Positions 33,549 through 42,880 of a stretch of 64,000 nt of DNA are shown piece after piece. The position numbers and the translations under genes were made by a program. The stretch lies in sequence record ON529860.1; one strand, written 5' to 3'. Position 1 is the stretch's first letter. Each line of letters starts with the position of its first letter. Below the pieces are notes generated by a model. The model was not told the origin of the DNA. It saw only the letters and a list, made by a program, of their open reading frames with translations, and did not search any database.

Positions 33549-33770
33549 TTAACGGGGTTGGATGTTGTGGCGGCGTTGGGCGCGCCGGCGACTTTCCTGG
33601 TCGCCCAGGTCGAGCCAACGCAGGAAGGCGAGAAGGGAAAGGCACAGACTGAGCGACGCGCCCAGTTCGACGCCCATCGACGAAGGCGGGGTCATGGACC
33701 CGAAGATCACGAACAGGCTGGACGCCAGCGCGATCAACGAGGTCACCAACCACAGGGCACGGTTGCTCAT
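33549..33770 (-). CDS. two-TM membrane protein
   Basis: Two hydrophobic segments. Confidence 0.55.
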   Translation of the reverse strand: MSNRALWLVTSLIALASSLFVIFGSMTPPSSMGVELGASLSLCLSLLAFLRWLDLGDQESRRRAQRRHNIQPR

Positions 33771-34015
33771 CGGAACCACCGCGAGAACACGAACTCCGCC
33801 AACAGGTAGAGCCCGGCCGCGACAGGCGGGATCGCCGCGAAGATCGCGACGGGCAGGATCATCACGGCGAAGTCGTGCTTCCACAGGGCGAACGGCAGCG
33901 AGAAGATCGCGCCGACCAAGGCGCCCAGGAAGGCCAGGGCCACGGCGGCGCCGAGGAAGGCCAGGCCGACGAGGAAGGTGAGCGCGCCTTTATCGATGAC
34001 GGGAGCAGCGGCCAT
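33767..34015 (-). CDS. two-TM membrane protein
   Basis: Two hydrophobic segments, ATGA coupling. Confidence 0.6.
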   Translation of the reverse strand: MAAAPVIDKGALTFLVGLAFLGAAVALAFLGALVGAIFSLPFALWKHDFAVMILPVAIFAAIPPVAAGLYLLAEFVFSRWFR

Positions 34016-34016
34016 G

Positions 34017-34760
34017 TCATTCGCCTCCGTCGAGCAGGTGCTGGACGCGGTCCCAGCCCGCCGTGTCGATCTTGGAGATCGCCGCCAGCAGCAGGCCGAC
34101 CAGGGTGTCCTTGTGGACCTGGGGTCCCGCCATGCCATGCACTGGCGGCTGACCGCGCGGGGCGATGATGCCGGCCCAGGTCTCTTCCTGGTTGAACTTC
34201 TTCATCACCGTCAGGGTGACGCCGTGGCCCCGGCTCTCATGGTAGCGGCGCTTCGGGAAGCTGTAGGTCTCGCCGGCGCGGATGACTTCGATGCCGTCGA
34301 TCGTCACGTCGACGCCGGGGCGGCGGATGGTCGGCTCGGCCGATCCGAGGTGGGCCGGCATGACTTCCCACTCGTCGAAGAAGCCGTAGCCGGGGACCTT
34401 CTCGTCGCCGGAACCGGCGATATGGCGCGCGCCCTCCGACGCGCTCAGGAAGATGTTGGTCACCGCGCCCAGCAGCACCGTCGAGGTGAAGTCGAAGCGG
34501 TGGTCATGGCGGCAGCCGAAGGACTCCGGCTCGGTCGGCAGTTCCGGATGCCACAGGTGCAGTCGGACGTCCTCGTTCAGATAGACCTGGGCGAAGCCGA
34601 CCCCGGCGTGATAGCGCGGCTTCAGCGCGCCGCTGATCAGCCCGGCGCGGACAGTTTGGTGCAAGGGGTGCGGATCGGGCACGGAGAGGATTTCCTTGAT
34701 ACGGGCGTTGGCGGACGCGCTGGCGCGCTTGAGGGTTTCGGGGGAGACGCGCCGCGTCAC
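34017..34760 (-). CDS. cupin-like protein
   Basis: RLHLWHP...RHDHRFDFTS.VL.G...N...YHES. Confidence 0.65.
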   Translation of the reverse strand: MTRRVSPETLKRASASANARIKEILSVPDPHPLHQTVRAGLISGALKPRYHAGVGFAQVYLNEDVRLHLWHPELPTEPESFGCRHDHRFDFTSTVLLGAVTNIFLSASEGARHIAGSGDEKVPGYGFFDEWEVMPAHLGSAEPTIRRPGVDVTIDGIEVIRAGETYSFPKRRYHESRGHGVTLTVMKKFNQEETWAGIIAPRGQPPVHGMAGPQVHKDTLVGLLLAAISKIDTAGWDRVQHLLDGGE

Positions 34761-35668
34761 CCCTCGCCCTCCCATCCGGCGGGGACGCGGAAGCCGGCGG
34801 CGTTCTTGTGGCCGCCGCCGCCGAACTGGCTGGCGACCTGGGAGACGTCCACCGCCTTGGGGTCGTCCTTGTCGGAACGCAGCGAGAACGAGCGCTGGCC
34901 GTCCGAGGTGTCGAAGTAGCTGGCCGAGAAGGCCTCGCCGCGACACATGATGTTGCCGCCTTCGGAAGCGAAGATGTAGGGCAGGTTCGCGACCGGCACA
35001 TCGTAGCCGCCGATCACCATGCGGCGCTTGGCGGCGCGGATGGCGCCCGAGATTTCGGCGTCCTGCTTCTTGACCAGGGCCTCGCCGATCTTCACGGCGT
35101 GGCGCATGCCTTCGTCGTCGTCGAGCGTCTGGGCCATGTCCATCCAGCTATCGAAGTCCAGCGGGGTCAGGCCCATCCAGGCGCAGACCGCCTTGGCGTT
35201 GGGCAGCGCCCAGGTCCATAGATCGCGATCCTGGACGTAGCGGATGAGCGCCGGCGCGCCTTCGTCGTCCTTCAGGTCCCAGACGGCCGCGACACCCTCT
35301 TCGCCGCCGAAGCAGAACTCCCACGACAGCATGGCGCCCGACTTGGTCATGTCGAAGACGCCCATGATCGTGCCGTCGGCGATCAGCGGCTCCAGCAGGC
35401 GCTGGGCCGAAACGTGGTGATCCAGGATGGTCACCGAAGCGGCCTCGGACACGATCTGCAACGTCGCGTCGGGCTTGTAGGAGAAGTCGACGATCAGGAC
35501 GTGCTTGCCGGCGACATCGGGCAGGCTGTCGGCCTGGTAGACGCCGGGGACCATCTTGCAGTTCGGCCAGCGAAGCTGCACGGCCCAGGCGGCGGAGAAG
35601 CCGTCGGCGCAGGGGTGATGATAGATGCAGACGTCGGGCTCGTAGCCATACGGGGCGAGGTAGGCCAT
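34757..35668 (-). CDS. DHH/DHHA1 phosphoesterase (nanoRNase-like)
   Basis: CIYHHPCADG, IVDFS, ILDHH, D...SGA.L.W, FSLRS, GGGGHKNAAGF. Confidence 0.9.
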   Translation of the reverse strand: MAYLAPYGYEPDVCIYHHPCADGFSAAWAVQLRWPNCKMVPGVYQADSLPDVAGKHVLIVDFSYKPDATLQIVSEAASVTILDHHVSAQRLLEPLIADGTIMGVFDMTKSGAMLSWEFCFGGEEGVAAVWDLKDDEGAPALIRYVQDRDLWTWALPNAKAVCAWMGLTPLDFDSWMDMAQTLDDDEGMRHAVKIGEALVKKQDAEISGAIRAAKRRMVIGGYDVPVANLPYIFASEGGNIMCRGEAFSASYFDTSDGQRSFSLRSDKDDPKAVDVSQVASQFGGGGHKNAAGFRVPAGWEGEG

Positions 35669-35934
35669 CAGTCTTCGTCCCCGAAACCGTCAGCGTCTTC
35701 GTCTTCATCCACGGCGAGATTCTCGATCTCTTCCACGGCGCGCTCGATCAGGTCGTGCGTGACGGGCGTGGTGGTCGAGGAGGCGACGTAGATTTCGTCG
35801 TCGTCGGTCAGGCCGATGACGACGACTTGCTCCAGGTCGGCGTCCAGGGCGCCTTCCAACACCTGGTGAACCGGGACGCGGAACTGCGGGCCTTCACGCA
35901 CGATGCGCTGGCGGGTGAACTTCTTGGTACTCAT
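35668..35934 (-). CDS. acidic hypothetical protein
   Basis: Operon packing. Confidence 0.6.
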   Translation of the reverse strand: MSTKKFTRQRIVREGPQFRVPVHQVLEGALDADLEQVVVIGLTDDDEIYVASSTTTPVTHDLIERAVEEIENLAVDEDEDADGFGDED

Positions 35935-36152
35935 GGGAGGGTCTCGGGGAACAGGTCGTATTGGCGGGGGACGAACCCGACGCCCTTGCACGTTGGGCAA
36001 TGGACGGTGCGGGCGCGCAGGGTGTAGGAATCGATGTCGTCGGGGTCGGGAGCGATCCACCCGGCCTGACAGCCGGCGAGGCAGACGGCGTGCTTGTCGT
36101 GGTAGGCCTCGGTCATGGCCTTGAGGTCGGCCCTAGTGATCTGGTGTCGCAT
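35931..36152 (-). CDS. small Zn-finger protein
   Basis: CLAGCQAGW...CPTCKGVG (DnaJ-like CxxCxGxG). Confidence 0.55.
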   Translation of the reverse strand: MRHQITRADLKAMTEAYHDKHAVCLAGCQAGWIAPDPDDIDSYTLRARTVHCPTCKGVGFVPRQYDLFPETLP

Positions 36153-36510
36153 CGAGCGGCAGGCCGGTCTTGAGGTCGAAGGTCAGGCCGGCGGCCTTGG
36201 CCTCTTCCATCTTGCGCTTGACGTGGGTGAACTCGCAGCAAGCGAACTGGAAGCCATGGACCGGATCGGCGTAGACGAAGATCGGCAGTTCGCCCGCCAG
36301 CTTGGCGGCCGCGAAACGTGACTCCCACGCCGCCTTCAGGCGCACGATGTCCAGCGGCGTCTCCTTGACCGTCAGATAGTCGGTCTTGTCGGTCGCGAAG
36401 GTCGTGTAGACCTGGGTGCGCGGGACGGAGGCGGCGTTGCCGCGTGTCGAAACGATCTGCTCGGGCACGACGTAGACGTGCTCGCCGGTGGTGAGGGTGA
36501 GGCGGATCAT
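36133..36510 (-). CDS. FlbD/SwrD-like domain protein
   Basis: MIRLT..TG..V.V.PEQI...T.V...LTVKETP..I..L. Confidence 0.55.
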   Translation of the reverse strand: MIRLTLTTGEHVYVVPEQIVSTRGNAASVPRTQVYTTFATDKTDYLTVKETPLDIVRLKAAWESRFAAAKLAGELPIFVYADPVHGFQFACCEFTHVKRKMEEAKAAGLTFDLKTGLPLDATPDH

Positions 36511-36872
36511 TCGGCGATCAGCCGGAACGACATATCGCCGTCCTCGTCACGGTGTGCGTAGAGGGCCGGCCTCGGCGGGGCGTACTCGGCCTGCGCGCGC
36601 CAGGCCGCGCTCAGCGTGGCGACCTCGTCTGGCGTCTCGACCACGTCGATCGGGTCATGACCGCCCGTCATCAGGACGAAGGTGCGCAGGGCGGCGCCGT
36701 CTGTCCCCACCGGCACGGCGAAACCGCGTTCATCGCAGGTGTAGGTCCCGATCTCCTGGATCATGGCGGGGTTCAACAGGCGCTTGAGGCCGTCAAGCAG
36801 GGTCACTTGAATCACAGGATCACCGTCGGCGCCCCAGGCGCCACGTAGCAGTGGATGGAATCGCGGAGCCAT
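36507..36872 (-). CDS. FlbD/SwrD-like domain protein (tandem paralog)
   Basis: IQVTLLDG...LLNP..I.EI...T.V.MTGG..I.VVETPDEV. Confidence 0.55.
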   Translation of the reverse strand: MAPRFHPLLRGAWGADGDPVIQVTLLDGLKRLLNPAMIQEIGTYTCDERGFAVPVGTDGAALRTFVLMTGGHDPIDVVETPDEVATLSAAWRAQAEYAPPRPALYAHRDEDGDMSFRLIAE

Positions 36873-37288
36873 TCGTCGAAGGCTTCGCGGGTGATGAGGT
36901 CGCCTTCACGGGGCGGGATCACGACCAGGGCGCGGAAGTTCTCCTGCCGGCGGCCGACATAGGTCAGGCCCTTCGCGCCGTAGGGGATGACGCGAACGCC
37001 GTCGTGGGCCTCGGTCGGGAAGGACGTCACCAGAGGAATCAGGGCCTCGGCCTGGGCGTGGCTCGCCACCGCAAAGGCCAGGGCGCCGACCCGCTCCGGG
37101 TGGGTGGAGATGGGCCGCGTGAAGCCGCCCAACTTGTAGGCGTCCATCTGGGCCTGGGTCGGCTCATGCAGGAAGCGCAGGTGCGTCGGGTAGACGTGCC
37201 CGTTGCCGCATCGATCGTTCCCACCGGGTCGGCGTTCCCGCGAGTGTCCGCCGTCGCCGCAGACGGGGCAGTAGCCGAGCAGGCTCAT
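36812..37288 (-). CDS. hypothetical protein with N-terminal Zn ribbon
   Basis: YCPVCG...SRERRPGGNDRCGNGHVYP. Confidence 0.65.
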   Translation of the reverse strand: MSLLGYCPVCGDGGHSRERRPGGNDRCGNGHVYPTHLRFLHEPTQAQMDAYKLGGFTRPISTHPERVGALAFAVASHAQAEALIPLVTSFPTEAHDGVRVIPYGAKGLTYVGRRQENFRALVVIPPREGDLITREAFDEWLRDSIHCYVAPGAPTVIL

Positions 37289-37602
37289 TTCTGAGCCCAC
37301 GAAACGTCGAAGGATGCGGAGCCGTGATGCCCGCCCTGATTGTAGGTGACCGCGTATCCGGCTTTCACCAGGGCGCGGTGCGTCGCCACGCGACATTCGT
37401 TGATGTAGGACGACGTCAACTGGCCGTCGTGTCGGGGCATGACGCTGATGACGTCCACCTGGTCACGCCCGACGCGGGCGGCCGCCACGATCAGGGCTTC
37501 GATACGCTCCAGGGCCTCGTCGAGGTCGAAGACGGGCATGAGGCCACGCACGGCGTCCGCCGAAGCGATGCCGTTGATGCGCTTGAGGTTCGGTCGTTCC
37601 AT
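37285..37602 (-). CDS. hypothetical protein, paralog of 37641..37964
   Basis: SA..(V/A)R...P..D...I...(I/V)..A...GRD.VD...P shared. Confidence 0.65.
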   Translation of the reverse strand: MERPNLKRINGIASADAVRGLMPVFDLDEALERIEALIVAAARVGRDQVDVISVMPRHDGQLTSSYINECRVATHRALVKAGYAVTYNQGGHHGSASFDVSWAQK

Positions 37603-37640
37603 AGTCGGCTCCGGATCAGGGCGCGGCGTCGAGGCCCACA

Positions 37641-37964
37641 TCAGGCTTCGGCCGTTTCCGCCCACGAGAGGTTGATGAAGCCGCGCTTGGCAGGCGAACC
37701 CTCGAACGTCTCGACCTGATAGCCGGCGTCGGCGAGGGTTTCGATCAGGCCCAGGACCGTGGCGTTGCCGGCGATCTTGCCGGTCATCCAGGCGCCCGAG
37801 TTGGGCTGCGGGACGATCGTCGAGATGTCGACATGGTCGCGACCGAGCGAGACGGCGTTGCGCACGGCGTGATCGATCTTGGCGTAGACGCCGGTCGGGT
37901 CCAGCGCCGGCACATAGGCGCGGGCTTCGGCGGCGGACAGGAGGGGGAGGGTCTTCTTGGTCAT
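37641..37964 (-). CDS. hypothetical protein
   Basis: Paralog of the preceding gene. Confidence 0.7.
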   Translation of the reverse strand: MTKKTLPLLSAAEARAYVPALDPTGVYAKIDHAVRNAVSLGRDHVDISTIVPQPNSGAWMTGKIAGNATVLGLIETLADAGYQVETFEGSPAKRGFINLSWAETAEA

Positions 37965-37965
37965 G

Positions 37966-38673
37966 TTACTCGGTGGTGGTTTGAGTCGCCAGGTAGGCCT
38001 GGATCGACTCGTGGTCGCCGCGCTGGGCGGCTTCGATCTGTTCGCGGGGAAGGCCCGTCATCCGCATGAGACTGCGGATGTTCCGCTCCGCCAGTTCAGC
38101 CGGCGTCATCTCGGGGATGACGAAGGTCTGGGGGTCCTTCATCTGACCGAACATCCAGGTCTTGATCTGGGCGCGGTGCGCGACTTCCCAGACGCGGAAC
38201 GCATTCTGGAGCAGACGCTGAAGGTCTTCTTCGGCCGTGACGTCGTCCGGGCTGCGGATGAAAATCCAATCGCCGGCCGCCTTCGTGAGGGCCGAGATCA
38301 GGGCGATCGCGGCGGCTTCAGCGTCGCCGGTCAGGCCGTCCCAGCCGTCCTCGCCCCAGCAGTCCTCATTGGCCTCCATGAAGAGGTCCAGGACTGCTTC
38401 ACTGTCGAAACGAAGCGCGCCGGTGGCTTTGTATTCCGCCAGCAGCGCCTGGGTGTCGAAGGCCGGCGGCACGGTGGTGCGCTTGTCGGCTTCACAGACG
38501 TAAATCGTGACTCCAGGCTCGGGGCCGAAGGTCGTTTCGACCGCCTGCTTGAGGGCGTGCGCCTTGGCGGCCGCGAAGCTGCCGAACGGCCCGTGGGCGT
38601 ATTCGAACTCTTCATGATCCGCCCAGTAAAAGCGGAAGACGCCGTCGGAGGGCGAATCATCCCACAGCGCCAT
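37966..38673 (-). CDS. hypothetical protein
   Basis: MALWDDS start with TGATG coupling. Confidence 0.7.
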   Translation of the reverse strand: MALWDDSPSDGVFRFYWADHEEFEYAHGPFGSFAAAKAHALKQAVETTFGPEPGVTIYVCEADKRTTVPPAFDTQALLAEYKATGALRFDSEAVLDLFMEANEDCWGEDGWDGLTGDAEAAAIALISALTKAAGDWIFIRSPDDVTAEEDLQRLLQNAFRVWEVAHRAQIKTWMFGQMKDPQTFVIPEMTPAELAERNIRSLMRMTGLPREQIEAAQRGDHESIQAYLATQTTTE

Positions 38674-38852
38674 CAGCGAGCGCCCTCCAGAACGGCGATC
38701 AGGGCGCCGATCTCGGCCCGGTGCAGGACGAAGCGCCGCTCGCCCATGTAGGTCTCGCCCGAGGTCTGCTCGACCAGGACGAAGGGCGAGTTGGGATCGC
38801 ACTCGACGATGTCGCCCTGCGGATTGCAAGGGGAGGCGGTGAAGGCGGTCAT
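38673..38852 (-). CDS. hypothetical protein (59 aa)
   Basis: Fills the gap with coupled start and stop codons. Confidence 0.55.
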   Translation of the reverse strand: MTAFTASPCNPQGDIVECDPNSPFVLVEQTSGETYMGERRFVLHRAEIGALIAVLEGAR

Positions 38853-39196
38853 GCCGCGACATCCTTGCGCAGGGCGTAGACGACCGGGTTGGCGACGACG
38901 TCTTCGGCCTTCGCGATGGTCTCGGTGATCTGCTGATGCGCCTTGGTGATCGCCTCGACGTCGATGTCCAGGCGCTCGGCCGGGCTGCCTTGCAGCAGGT
39001 TGTAGAGACGGTTCTGTTCGCGGCGCAGCGAGGCGATGCCGACGCCTTTGAAGGCCAGCAGCCCCAGGCTGATGTCGCCGGCCTGATAGCGCGCCAGCAC
39101 GTCGTTGTAGCGGCCGTCGGCGTTGTTGGCGGCGATGTAGTCCAGGGCGTCCTGCTCGGACTCCGTCGGGGACTGGAGATGCGGTTGCACGGTCAT
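38849..39196 (-). CDS. hypothetical protein, paralog of 39201..39440
   Basis: (E/Q).DAL.Y..ANN..G.Y...L..Y.AG.I..G shared. Confidence 0.7.
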   Translation of the reverse strand: MTVQPHLQSPTESEQDALDYIAANNADGRYNDVLARYQAGDISLGLLAFKGVGIASLRREQNRLYNLLQGSPAERLDIDVEAITKAHQQITETIAKAEDVVANPVVYALRKDVAA

Positions 39197-39200
39197 GGGC

Positions 39201-39440
39201 TCAGAGGGCTCGCGGCGTGAAGTAGATCACCGGCTGGGCGATCGAGATTTCAGCCTGTTTGATGATGTCGTCGTACTTGCCCAGGACGTTCGCCTGCTTG
39301 AGGATGTGCAGGCTCGGGCCGAGGTAGCGAATGATGCCGACATTGATCTTGCCGGCGGCGTAGTCTTCCAGGGTCTGGTCGTAGACCCCGGTCTGGTTGT
39401 TCGCCCGCATGTACGCGAGGGCGTCTTCCTGGTTGGTCAT
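39201..39440 (-). CDS. hypothetical protein
   Basis: Paralog of the preceding gene. Confidence 0.7.
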   Translation of the reverse strand: MTNQEDALAYMRANNQTGVYDQTLEDYAAGKINVGIIRYLGPSLHILKQANVLGKYDDIIKQAEISIAQPVIYFTPRAL

Positions 39441-39451
39441 GGAACTCGTTA

Positions 39452-39841
39452 CTAGGCAGGATAACTCGGCGCCGTCCGCTGGCTTTGATCCGACGCGTCG
39501 TAGCGGCAGACCGAGCCTTCGAACGGCGGGGTCGTATGGGAATAGGAAACAGGGGCGCTGACCTCGGCCTGGACCAGGATCGCCTCGATCAGGTCCTTGA
39601 CCGCGACGCCCGCGTCGACGGCCGCTGCAATCACCATGCGGGCCAGTTCCGGCGCCTTGGGCTTGATGGGCGGGGCGGCGGTGATTGTGGCGTCGGGCTC
39701 ATGCCGGAGGTTGTCGACGAGAACGGCCTGGTCGCCGCTCCCGATCACGAGGGCTTGGTCAGGCCGCAGACCGGGAACGCCGCCTCGGGCGTAACGATCG
39801 CTCGCGATCTCGCGCTCAACCTGGGCGAAGATGTCGGTCAT
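39452..39841 (-). CDS. hypothetical protein
   Basis: Operon packing. Confidence 0.65.
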   Translation of the reverse strand: MTDIFAQVEREIASDRYARGGVPGLRPDQALVIGSGDQAVLVDNLRHEPDATITAAPPIKPKAPELARMVIAAAVDAGVAVKDLIEAILVQAEVSAPVSYSHTTPPFEGSVCRYDASDQSQRTAPSYPA

Positions 39842-40824
39842 CAGTGACGCCCCACAACGGAGTGGATCGCCGTGCCGTGCCAGGGATAGGACGGAGGCGT
39901 GACGGGGTTGGCCCGGCGGAAACCTTCCACGTATGCGGCAGGTGCGTCATTGTGTGGCGTGGCGTAGGCTTCGCCGGGCTTGGGGAACACGCCCTGGGTC
40001 AGGTACGCGTATCGGTGCAGGAACCGCTGGCGCGCTTCGAGCGGCGACCAGGGTTCAATGGTGAAGGGGAGCGGCGCGACGTCGTGCAACATCGTCCAGA
40101 CGGCGGCGTCGTCATCGCGGCGCGGCATCAGATCGCGCTTCTCGGTCGCCAGCATCACCAGGTCGATCGCCTTGACCTCGGGGCTCAAGGTGGTCGGCAC
40201 GCCGAAGGTGGTGAAGATGCAGTTCTCGACGCGGGCCTCGACCGTCTTGTAGCAGGGCAGAAGCTGCTTCAGCGGGCTTGACATGTCGCCGATGACGCTC
40301 TCGGCGGCGTCGTGCAGCAGGGCCGCCAGTTCGTGGCCGGGTTCGCAGTTCTCGCTCGCCAGGACGGAGTGCTGGGCGATCGTGTAGATCGCGTCATACG
40401 CAACGTGGTCGCCGAGTTGCCCGGTGAAGCGACACAGGCGCGACAGGCCGGCGGCGATGTCCTCGATCGACAGCGGGGTGTCGCACGGATTGAGGAAGTC
40501 GAAGTAGACGCCCGAAGCCAACTGGATCGACGGATACATCTTCAGCGGGGCGGTGGTCTTGGCGCGGGCGTTGATCGCCGCGACGTGAAGAGCGTTCTGG
40601 TCGTCCCGGTTCGCCTTCACCAGGTCAAGATAGGCCTGGGCGACCAGGGCGGCGTCGGTGCCGGGATCGGAAGCGCCCGAGCGATAATCCGCGCCGCCGA
40701 TCCGCGTCTTCATGGTCAAGCGGAACGCGGCGCGCTCAAGTTGGACCTCGGTCATCGACAGGCGATTGTTGTCCACTTGGACGTCGCGCTCTCGATTGTT
40801 GCGGGCGGTGTCGGAGAGGGGCAC
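39841..40824 (-). CDS. HD-domain phosphohydrolase (YfbR/YfdR-like nucleotidase)
   Basis: IEDIA..LS..CRF.G...Y.IAQHSV...ALLHDAAE..IGD..SPLK. Confidence 0.9.
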   Translation of the reverse strand: MPLSDTARNNRERDVQVDNNRLSMTEVQLERAAFRLTMKTRIGGADYRSGASDPGTDAALVAQAYLDLVKANRDDQNALHVAAINARAKTTAPLKMYPSIQLASGVYFDFLNPCDTPLSIEDIAAGLSRLCRFTGQLGDHVAYDAIYTIAQHSVLASENCEPGHELAALLHDAAESVIGDMSSPLKQLLPCYKTVEARVENCIFTTFGVPTTLSPEVKAIDLVMLATEKRDLMPRRDDDAAVWTMLHDVAPLPFTIEPWSPLEARQRFLHRYAYLTQGVFPKPGEAYATPHNDAPAAYVEGFRRANPVTPPSYPWHGTAIHSVVGRH

Positions 40825-40916
40825 TGGTGCAGGGTCCAGATATGGTTAACGCCAGCCGTTGTGTCACGACTGGCGCTCCATGTCAACAATACTGGCAATC
40901 AATGTTGCCAGAGGAG

Positions 40917-41276
40917 TCAGTCACAACCCCCGCCGCCGCCACTGTCACCGCCGCTGCTGCCGCCGGACGAGCACGACCCGCCGGAATGGTAGCTGCTGCT
41001 GGACGAGCCCCCGTACTCGACATAGCCGAAGTCCACGATCTCCGAGCGCGCCGGCGGATAGGTCGCGGCGGTCGGTTTGCGGTAGGCGTCGGACTTGACG
41101 GCCTGGATCGACAGTGAAGGCTCGCGCATCTGGCGGGCGCGGGCCGCCGAGGCCGCCGTGTTGGCGCGGACTTGGGCTTCGTGTCGACGATTGGCGGCGG
41201 AGATCGCGCCGCGCGCCCACAGGATCAAGGCGATGGTGAGGGCGATGACGACCCCGATGGTGATGGCGAGCCCCAT
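40917..41276 (-). CDS. single-TM protein with Gly/Ser tail
   Basis: N-terminal TM; SSSGGSSGGDSGGGGGCD tail. Confidence 0.7.
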   Translation of the reverse strand: MGLAITIGVVIALTIALILWARGAISAANRRHEAQVRANTAASAARARQMREPSLSIQAVKSDAYRKPTAATYPPARSEIVDFGYVEYGGSSSSSYHSGGSCSSGGSSGGDSGGGGGCD

Positions 41277-41286
41277 GCTCGTCTCC

Positions 41287-41538
41287 TTATGTTGCGGTCA
41301 AAAAGGGCGCCGGCGGCGAACGGCCGTTCCACCCGAGGGCGCGGTCTTGTCGGCGCCGGCGCGCGGTTGGTGGCCGCGACCCCGACCGCACCCCAGGGCG
41401 ACGCTCAGGATCAGCAAGGCGAGGATGAAGGTCAGCAACCACATCGGCTAACTCCATTCCGACATGGTCAGCGTCAGGTAGGCCAGGCCGACCACCACGA
41501 ACAGGGCGATGGCGCCCAGGATCGCATTGAGCGCCCAC
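41287..41538 (-). CDS. probable small membrane-protein gene(s); frame uncertain
   Basis: Hydrophobic codons between neighbours; the track ORF translation itself looks atypical. Confidence 0.3.
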   Translation of the reverse strand: MGAQCDPGRHRPVRGGRPGLPDADHVGMELADVVADLHPRLADPERRPGVRSGSRPPTARRRRQDRALGWNGRSPPAPFLTAT

Positions 41539-41634
41539 ATCAGCGACGCCCTTCCGAAGGCAGCCACAGCACCGAGACGATTTCCACGATGGTGGCGGCG
41601 AGCAGCACGAACAGGATCAGGTGCGGCAGCGTAA

Positions 41635-41817
41635 TCAGAAGCGTCCCGACATGAAGGCGCGATGCAGCCCCATGACCTGGGCGTCGGTGGCCTTCTTGGT
41701 CTGGGCCGGCAAGAGGCGGCGGCACATGGCGATGATCTGGGCGTCGCGCGCTTCGCCGTCCGGCTCGGGGGCGGTGTCGTTCTGGGTGAACCGGGCGATG
41801 TAGGTGCGGCTGGTCAT
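41635..41817 (-). CDS. hypothetical protein (60 aa)
   Basis: MTSRTYIARF start. Confidence 0.5.
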   Translation of the reverse strand: MTSRTYIARFTQNDTAPEPDGEARDAQIIAMCRRLLPAQTKKATDAQVMGLHRAFMSGRF

Positions 41818-41924
41818 GGCCCCGGAGGCCTTGGCGCGCTTCTCTTCCGCGTCCGGATTGATGCGGGTCGGCCGCACCGGCGATTGCGCAGCGTCCGGGC
41901 GCGGCTTGCGTTCAGTCTGTCGGC

Positions 41925-42344
41925 TCAAAGGGTCAGGCTCCGGATAGGGCCGCCGGAATGGATGTCCAGCTTGATGGCGGCCTCGACCGCTTCCACCGCC
42001 GAGGCGCCGGCGAGCATCGCGCCCATCGCCAGGTCGCCGCCGGAACCGAACGCCACCACGCCGGTGGTGTTGATCCAGGGACCTTGCGAGCCCCAGACGA
42101 CCATGGTGCCGTCCGGCGCGATGACGAATCCGTTGGCGTTGTTGGTCCCCTCGACGGGGCACTTGCCCCGCATGCCGCCGCGCACCCATTCAGAGAAACG
42201 GTGGCAGATGGCGGTGCAGCCGGCCCCGCCGATCAGCAAACGACCATGTCGCCAAATCTTCTGTGAGAACCCGTCCCGTTGTCCGCCGGACGTCACGAGG
42301 GAATCGGCGGCGAGCACGCCGGCCTTGAATGCGATGGTCGTCAA
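41925..42344 (-). CDS. Ntn-hydrolase / proteasome-beta (HslV-like) fold protein
   Basis: MTTIA...LAADS..T...KI...G.AG...AFGSGG.LA.GA...GA.A.EAV.AA..LD..SGG. Confidence 0.8.
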   Translation of the reverse strand: MTTIAFKAGVLAADSLVTSGGQRDGFSQKIWRHGRLLIGGAGCTAICHRFSEWVRGGMRGKCPVEGTNNANGFVIAPDGTMVVWGSQGPWINTTGVVAFGSGGDLAMGAMLAGASAVEAVEAAIKLDIHSGGPIRSLTL

Positions 42345-42358
42345 GAGGGAAATCGATA

Positions 42359-42646
42359 CTAGGGGCGAGGCTTGATGTTGCGGAAGTCCGCAGGCAGGGG
42401 CCAGCAGGTGATCAGGATGTCGTCGACGAACACGTAGAGATGTCCGGCGTGGATGCGCATGTTGTTCGCGGTCCGCTCTCGCAGGTAGACCCCGTCCAGG
42501 TATCGCCGGAACTTCCCGGAAAACTGGCTGTGGGTCGCGCCCTTCTCCAGGGCGGCGGCGGCCTGCCGTTCAACGGCGCGGCGTGGTAGACCCAGGCGTT
42601 TCCGCACTCTCAGGTCCGCGTGGTCGGTCACTTGAACATCGGTCAT
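42359..42646 (-). CDS. hypothetical protein, possible RelE/DUF4258-like fold
   Basis: VTDHA..R.RKR N-terminus; YVF....LIT.WPL C-terminus. Confidence 0.6.
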   Translation of the reverse strand: MTDVQVTDHADLRVRKRLGLPRRAVERQAAAALEKGATHSQFSGKFRRYLDGVYLRERTANNMRIHAGHLYVFVDDILITCWPLPADFRNIKPRP

Positions 42647-42685
42647 GGCGCATTGTCAGCTATCCCGGCGTTCAGTGTCAAGGAA

Positions 42686-42880
42686 TCACTGGACCTGCGG
42701 CGGCGTTTTCGCAAGCGGCGCTTCGGTGAGAGCCTTGTAGTCTTCTTCGGACATCAGGACGTAGCGGTGGTAGCCGTCCACGATCACCAGGGGCTCGACA
42801 TAGGCCTTGCGCGAGAAGTTCGACCAGTGGTCGCGAATCTGGCCGGCGGAGATGCGCAGCAGGCCGTTGAAGCTGATCAT
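42686..42880 (-). CDS. Phd/YefM-like antitoxin-fold protein
   Basis: ISAGQIRDHWSNF...EPLVI......YVLMSEEDYKAL. Confidence 0.6.
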   Translation of the reverse strand: MISFNGLLRISAGQIRDHWSNFSRKAYVEPLVIVDGYHRYVLMSEEDYKALTEAPLAKTPPQVQ

